Source: Naegleria gruberi
Lineage: Eukaryota
Length of the DNA: 13,797 nt
Assembly: GCA_000004985.1 (NCBI GenBank)
Contig: GG738982.1
Strand: one strand, 5' to 3'
The notes below the pieces were generated by a model. That model was not told the origin of the DNA and did no database searches. It was given only the letters and a program-made list of their open reading frames with translations. Of this stretch, positions 7,682 through 13,797 are shown piece after piece. Both the position numbers and the translations under genes were made by a program. Every line of letters begins with the position of its first letter. Position 1 is the first letter of the stretch.

Positions 7682-10600
7682 NNNNNNNNNNNNNNNNNNN
7701 NNNNNNNNNNNNNNNNNNNNNNNNNNNNNNNNNNNNNNNNNNNNNNNNNNNNNNNNNNNNNNNNNNNNNNNNNNNNNNNNNNNNNNNNNNNNNNNNNNNN
7801 NNNNNNNNNNNNNNNNNNNNNNNNNNNNNNNNNNNNNNNNNNNNNNNNNNNNNNNNNNNNNNNNNNNNNNNNNNNNNNNNNNNNNNNNNNNNNNNNNNNN
7901 NNNNNNNNNNNNNNNNNNNNNNNNNNNNNNNNNNNNNNNNNNNNNNNNNNNNNNNNNNNNNNNNNNNNNNNNNNNNNNNNNNNNNNNNNNNNNNNNNNNN
8001 NNNNNNNNNNNNNNNNNNNNNNNNNNNNNNNNNNNNNNNNNNNNNNNNNNNNNNNNNNNNNNNNNNNNNNNNNNNNNNNNNNNNNNNNNNNNNNNNNNNN
8101 NNNNNNNNNNNNNNNNNNNNNNNNNNNNNNNNNNNNNNNNNNNNNNNNNNNNNNNNNNNNNNNNNNNNNNNNNNNNNNNNNNNNNNNNNNNNNNNNNNNN
8201 NNNNNNNNNNNNNNNNNNNNNNNNNNNNNNNNNNNNNNNNNNNNNNNNNNNNNNNNNNNNNNNNNNNNNNNNNNNNNNNNNNNNNNNNNNNNNNNNNNNN
8301 NNNNNNNNNNNNNNNNNNNNNNNNNNNNNNNNNNNNNNNNNNNNNNNNNNNNNNNNNNNNNNNNNNNNNNNNNNNNNNNNNNNNNNNNNNNNNNNNNNNN
8401 NNNNNNNNNNNNNNNNNNNNNNNNNNNNNNNNNNNNNNNNNNNNNNNNNNNNNNNNNNNNNNNNNNNNNNNNNNNNNNNNNNNNNNNNNNNNNNNNNNNN
8501 NNNNNNNNNNNNNNNNNNNNNNNNNNNNNNNNNNNNNNNNNNNNNNNNNNNNNNNNNNNNNNNNNNNNNNNNNNNNNNNNNNNNNNNNNNNNNNNNNNNN
8601 NNNNNNNNNNNNNNNNNNNNNNNNNNNNNNNNNNNNNNNNNNNNNNNNNNNNNNNNNNNNNNNNNNNNNNNNNNNNNNNNNNNNNNNNNNNNNNNNNNNN
8701 NNNNNNNNNNNNNNNNNNNNNNNNNNNNNNNNNNNNNNNNNNNNNNNNNNNNNNNNNNNNNNNNNNNNNNNNNNNNNNNNNNNNNNNNNNNNNNNNNNNN
8801 NNNNNNNNNNNNNNNNNNNNNNNNNNNNNNNNNNNNNNNNNNNNNNNNNNNNNNNNNNNNNNNNNNNNNNNNNNNNNNNNNNNNNNNNNNNNNNNNNNNN
8901 NNNNNNNNNNNNNNNNNNNNNNNNNNNNNNNNNNNNNNNNNNNNNNNNNNNNNNNNNNNNNNNNNNNNNNNNNNNNNNNNNNNNNNNNNNNNNNNNNNNN
9001 NNNNNNNNNNNNNNNNNNNNNNNNNNNNNNNNNNNNNNNNNNNNNNNNNNNNNNNNNNNNNNNNNNNNNNNNNNNNNNNNNNNNNNNNNNNNNNNNNNNN
9101 NNNNNNNNNNNNNNNNNNNNNNNNNNNNNNNNNNNNNNNNNNNNNNNNNNNNNNNNNNNNNNNNNNNNNNNNNNNNNNNNNNNNNNNNNNNNNNNNNNNN
9201 NNNNNNNNNNNNNNNNNNNNNNNNNNNNNNNNNNNNNNNNNNNNNNNNNNNNNNNNNNNNNNNNNNNNNNNNNNNNNNNNNNNNNNNNNNNNNNNNNNNN
9301 NNNNNNNNNNNNNNNNNNNNNNNNNNNNNNNNNNNNNNNNNNNNNNNNNNNNNNNNNNNNNNNNNNNNNNNNNNNNNNNNNNNNNNNNNNNNNNNNNNNN
9401 NNNNNNNNNNNNNNNNNNNNNNNNNNNNNNNNNNNNNNNNNNNNNNNNNNNNNNNNNNNNNNNNNNNNNNNNNNNNNNNNNNNNNNNNNNNNNNNNNNNN
9501 NNNNNNNNNNNNNNNNNNNNNNNNNNNNNNNNNNNNNNNNNNNNNNNNNNNNNNNNNNNNNNNNNNNNNNNNNNNNNNNNNNNNNNNNNNNNNNNNNNNN
9601 NNNNNNNNNNNNNNNNNNNNNNNNNNNNNNNNNNNNNNNNNNNNNNNNNNNNNNNNNNNNNNNNNNNNNNNNNNNNNNNNNNNNNNNNNNNNNNNNNNNN
9701 NNNNNNNNNNNNNNNNNNNNNNNNNNNNNNNNNNNNNNNNNNNNNNNNNNNNNNNNNNNNNNNNNNNNNNNNNNNNNNNNNNNNNNNNNNNNNNNNNNNN
9801 NNNNNNNNNNNNNNNNNNNNNNNNNNNNNNNNNNNNNNNNNNNNNNNNNNNNNNNNNNNNNNNNNNNNNNNNNNNNNNNNNNNNNNNNNNNNNNNNNNNN
9901 NNNNNNNNNNNNNNNNNNNNNNNNNNNNNNNNNNNNNNNNNNNNNNNNNNNNNNNNNNNNNNNNNNNNNNNNNNNNNNNNNNNNNNNNNNNNNNNNNNNN
10001 NNNNNNNNNNNNNNNNNNNNNNNNNNNNNNNNNNNNNNNNNNNNNNNNNNNNNNNNNNNNNNNNNNNNNNNNNNNNNNNNNNNNNNNNNNNNNNNNNNNN
10101 NNNNNNNNNNNNNNNNNNNNNNNNNNNNNNNNNNNNNNNNNNNNNNNNNNNNNNNNNNNNNNNNNNNNNNNNNNNNNNNNNNNNNNNNNNNNNNNNNNNN
10201 NNNNNNNNNNNNNNNNNNNNNNNNNNNNNNNNNNNNNNNNNNNNNNNNNNNNNNNNNNNNNNNNNNNNNNNNNNNNNNNNNNNNNNNNNNNNNNNNNNNN
10301 NNNNNNNNNNNNNNNNNNNNNNNNNNNNNNNNNNNNNNNNNNNNNNNNNNNNNNNNNNNNNNNNNNNNNNNNNNNNNNNNNNNNNNNNNNNNNNNNNNNN
10401 NNNNNNNNNNNNNNNNNNNNNNNNNNNNNNNNNNNNNNNNNNNNNNNNNNNNNNNNNNNNNNNNNNNNNNNNNNNNNNNNNNNNNNNNNNNNNNNNNNNN
10501 NNNNNNNNNNNNNNNNNNNNNNNNNNNNNNNNNNNNNNNNNNNNNNNNNNNNNNNNNNNNNNNNNNNNNNNNNNNNNNNNNNNNNNNNNNNNNNNNNNNN

Positions 10601-12714
10601 NNNNNNNNNNNNNNNNNNNNNNNNNNNNNNNNNNNNNNNNNNNNNNNNNNNNNNNNNNNNNNNNNNNNNNNNNNNNNNNNNNNNNNNNNNNNNNNNNNNN
10701 NNNNNNNNNNNNNNNNNNNNNNNNNNNNNNNNNNNNNNNNNNNNNNNNNNNNNNNNNNNNNNNNNNNNNNNNNNNNNNNNNNNNNNNNNNNNNNNNNNNN
10801 NNNNNNNNNNNNNNNNNNNNNNNNNNNNNNNNNNNNNNNNNNNNNNNNNNNNNNNNNNNNNNNNNNNNNNNNNNNNNNNNNNNNNNNNNNNNNNNNNNNN
10901 NNNNNNNNNNNNNNNNNNNNNNNNNNNNNNNNNNNNNNNNNNNNNNNNNNNNNNNNNNNNNNNNNNNNNNNNNNNNNNNNNNNNNNNNNNNNNNNNNNNN
11001 NNNNNNNNNNNNNNNNNNNNNNNNNNNNNNNNNNNNNNNNNNNNNNNNNNNNNNNNNNNNNNNNNNNNNNNNNNNNNNNNNNNNNNNNNNNNNNNNNNNN
11101 NNNNNNNNNNNNNNNNNNNNNNNNNNNNNNNNNNNNNNNNNNNNNNNNNNNNNNNNNNNNNNNNNNNNNNNNNNNNNNNNNNNNNNNNNNNNNNNNNNNN
11201 NNNNNNNNNNNNNNNNNNNNNNNNNNNNNNNNNNNNNNNNNNNNNNNNNNNNNNNNNNNNNNNNNNNNNNNNNNNNNNNNNNNNNNNNNNNNNNNNNNNN
11301 NNNNNNNNNNNNNNNNNNNNNNNNNNNNNNNNNNNNNNNNNNNNNNNNNNNNNNNNNNNNNNNNNNNNNNNNNNNNNNNNNNNNNNNNNNNNNNNNNNNN
11401 NNNNNNNNNNNNNNNNNNNNNNNNNNNNNNNNNNNNNNNNNNNNNNNNNNNNNNNNNNNNNNNNNNNNNNNNNNNNNNNNNNNNNNNNNNNNNNNNNNNN
11501 NNNNNNNNNNNNNNNNNNNNNNNNNNNNNNNNNNNNNNNNNNNNNNNNNNNNNNNNNNNNNNNNNNNNNNNNNNNNNNNNNNNNNNNNNNNNNNNNNNNN
11601 NNNNNNNNNNNNNNNNNNNNNNNNNNNNNNNNNNNNNNNNNNNNNNNNNNNNNNNNNNNNNNNNNNNNNNNNNNNNNNNNNNNNNNNNNNNNNNNNNNNN
11701 NNNNNNNNNNNNNNNNNNNNNNNNNNNNNNNNNNNNNNNNNNNNNNNNNNNNNNNNNNNNNNNNNNNNNNNNNNNNNNNNNNNNNNNNNNNNNNNNNNNN
11801 NNNNNNNNNNNNNNNNNNNNNNNNNNNNNNNNNNNNNNNNNNNNNNNNNNNNNNNNNNNNNNNNNNNNNNNNNNNNNNNNNNNNNNNNNNNNNNNNNNNN
11901 NNNNNNNNNNNNNNNNNNNNNNNNNNNNNNNNNNNNNNNNNNNNNNNNNNNNNNNNNNNNNNNNNNNNNNNNNNNNNNNNNNNNNNNNNNNNNNNNNNNN
12001 NNNNNNNNNNNNNNNNNNNNNNNNNNNNNNNNNNNNNNNNNNNNNNNNNNNNNNNNNNNNNNNNNNNNNNNNNNNNNNNNNNNNNNNNNNNNNNNNNNNN
12101 NNNNNNNNNNNNNNNNNNNNNNNNNNNNNNNNNNNNNNNNNNNNNNNNNNNNNNNNNNNNNNNNNNNNNNNNNNNNNNNNNNNNNNNNNNNNNNNNNNNN
12201 NNNNNNNNNNNNNNNNNNNNNNNNNNNNNNNNNNNNNNNNNNNNNNNNNNNNNNNNNNNNNNNNNNNNNNNNNNNNNNNNNNNNNNNNNNNNNNNNNNNN
12301 NNNNNNNNNNNNNNNNNNNNNNNNNNNNNNNNNNNNNNNNNNNNNNNNNNNNNNNNNNNNNNNNNNNNNNNNNNNNNNNNNNNNNNNNNNNNNNNNNNNN
12401 NNNNNNNNNNNNNNNNNNNNNNNNNNNNNNNNNNNNNNNNNNNNNNNNNNNNNNNNNNNNNNNNNNNNNNNNNNNNNNNNNNNNNNNNNNNNNNNNNNNN
12501 NNNNNNNNNNNNNNNNNNNNNNNNNNNNNNNNNNNNNNNNNNNNNNNNNNNNNNNNNNNNNNNNNNNNNNNNNNNNNNNNNNNNNNNNNNNNNNNNNNNN
12601 NNNNNNNNNNNNNNNNNNNNNNNNNNNNNNNNNNNNNNNNNNNNNNNNNNNNNNNNNNNNNNNNNNNNNNNNNNNNNNNNNNNNNNNNNNNNNNNNNNNN
12701 NNNNNNNNNNNNNN
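7682..12714. other. N-masked / undetermined sequence (5033 nt)
   Basis: Uninterrupted run of n. Confidence 1.
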
Positions 12715-12864
12715 AGAAGAGATGACATCAAGTGAAAAGACAACCATTAAAAATCCAAAAATGAGGCAAGAGATTTGGCCTCATCAAGAATTAATATTTG
12801 AACTTTTTTGCATCTAATAATGGATTAAGGTTTTGTATGGAGATTAAAAATTCTACTTTAGTAT

Positions 12865-12870
12865 TATAAA
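12865..12870 (+). promoter_or_regulatory. TATA-like element (TATAAA) followed by an oligo-T run, about 90 nt upstream of the ATG at 12957
   Basis: gtattataaagttttt. The TATA box plus downstream T-stretch arrangement matches the described Dictyostelium core promoter architecture. Prediction from sequence only. Confidence 0.3.
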
Positions 12871-12956
12871 GTTTTTAATATATAGTGAGTTATATATCTC
12901 AGAGTTTGTCACTAAAATCACGAATACTTGAGAAATAAAAACACAATAACCACCAA

Positions 12957-13634
12957 ATGTATTATAGTAAATTATCAATAGTTCAATTTAAAGAAGTCAA
13001 GTCTTCAAACAAGTCATCACTGCCAACATCCATTGTTACCAAGAGAAGACGTGGAAGACCAGCAAAGAATGATCCAAAACCAATATTACCAATAGGTTAT
13101 TTACAAATGATTACCTCTACAGAATCACTAGCTAGTTCTAATAGTAGTGTTGATAAAGTGGTACTACTTGATACTCCTAATCATTGTCGACAAGAAGATC
13201 TTGATTTCAAAGGCTTGTCGCAGAGTGGTAATAGTATGACCTATTTTCATAACAAGGCTTGTTGTAGCAAGGAAGAGAGTAGCAATAATAATATTAGCTT
13301 TCTAACAACACTTAATTCGAGGCTACATCCACAACCTATTTTCAATACAACATGTAATAATAATAATTGTCATCATTCACCATCATCCACTAATAATAAT
13401 AATGTAAATAATTTCATCATGATGAAGAGCAATGATGATAATATTGATATTGATAATAATACAAGAAGATGTTCAATGTTTGTAAATTATCAATGTGATG
13501 TAGATGATGAAAATAGCAACTTTTCACAAAGTAGAAGTATTCACAGTAGTGGTAACAGCAAAGTTATTTGTATTAACATGAGAAATAGGCGTCCATGCAG
13601 GACTTCAATATCAATAAAAGACTTGTTGAATTAA
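12957..13634 (+). CDS. Small (225 aa) AT-hook-containing, Ser/Asn-rich and Cys-rich putative DNA-binding protein. No family recognised.
   Basis: Complete ORF. An in-frame TGA at 12927..12929 precedes the first ATG, and TAA lies at 13632..13634. The AT-hook KRRRGRPAK is encoded at 13041..13067. Cys/His clusters: CNNNNCHH, CSMFVNYQC and ICINMRNRRPC. Flanks are very AT-rich on both sides, as expected for dictyostelid 5' and 3' UTRs. Codon usage is less optimal than in the kinase gene (ggc, ttg, tcg, cag, cga occur). Confidence 0.6.
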   Translation: MYYSKLSIVQFKEVKSSNKSSLPTSIVTKRRRGRPAKNDPKPILPIGYLQMITSTESLASSNSSVDKVVLLDTPNHCRQEDLDFKGLSQSGNSMTYFHNKACCSKEESSNNNISFLTTLNSRLHPQPIFNTTCNNNNCHHSPSSTNNNNVNNFIMMKSNDDNIDIDNNTRRCSMFVNYQCDVDDENSNFSQSRSIHSSGNSKVICINMRNRRPCRTSISIKDLLN

Positions 13635-13797
13635 TTTTTTTATTAATTATTTAAATTGTTTTTGTTGTAACGGCAATTTGTTTTAAAATCCCAATTCGAA
13701 TTGATGGACGAATTTTAAAATATAAAATTACTCGATATAAAGTAAAATCAAAACAAAATGTTCCAATTACGGTATTACTTTCGTTTTGTACAAATCA

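Noticed and set aside
7626-12747. Three very long ORFs through the second N block (two on the minus strand, one on the plus strand)
   Set aside because: All are products of N translated as X. The few real terminal codons use ctg/cag/agg codons atypical for this genome, and the flanking sequence is full of stops in every frame. There is no evidence for coding.
1-13797. Prokaryotic-style reading: operons, Shine-Dalgarno sites, CRISPR arrays, defence islands
   Set aside because: Composition, codon usage and homopolymer-Asn tracts mark this as dictyostelid nuclear DNA. No direct-repeat/spacer array is present in the readable parts, so those feature classes do not apply.

Overview
This is nuclear DNA from a eukaryote, almost certainly a dictyostelid social amoeba. 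Three things point that way: very AT-rich spacers, AAT/CAA-rich codon usage, and poly-Asn/Gln coding tracts. Operon logic, ribosome-binding sites and CRISPR searches therefore do not apply. About 71% of the window is N-masked, in two blocks (1372..6193 and 7682..12714), so only about 3.9 kb can actually be read.

What can be supported:
- A large + strand gene enters from the 5' edge. By conserved motifs it is the orthologue of PI 4-kinase III-alpha (PI4KA/Stt4), open from nt 2. It re-emerges from the first N block in the same reading frame and stops at 6446..6448, followed by an AATAAA.
- A small complete + strand gene at 12957..13634 with ordinary dictyostelid flanks. It encodes a 225-aa low-complexity, Cys-rich protein carrying a textbook AT-hook (KRRRGRPAK).
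- A 1.2-kb stretch (6449..7681) between the PI4KA stop and the second N block. It has no ORF and is GC-richer than the flanking coding sequence, which is anomalous for this genome type. It contains a perfect 16-bp palindrome right at the masked edge.

The most likely explanation for the 1.2-kb stretch is that it flanks, or is part of, a complex repeat or mobile element lying in the masked block. I cannot prove this from what is visible. Nothing in the readable sequence demonstrates a novel biological system. Any such claim about the masked 9.85 kb would be invention.
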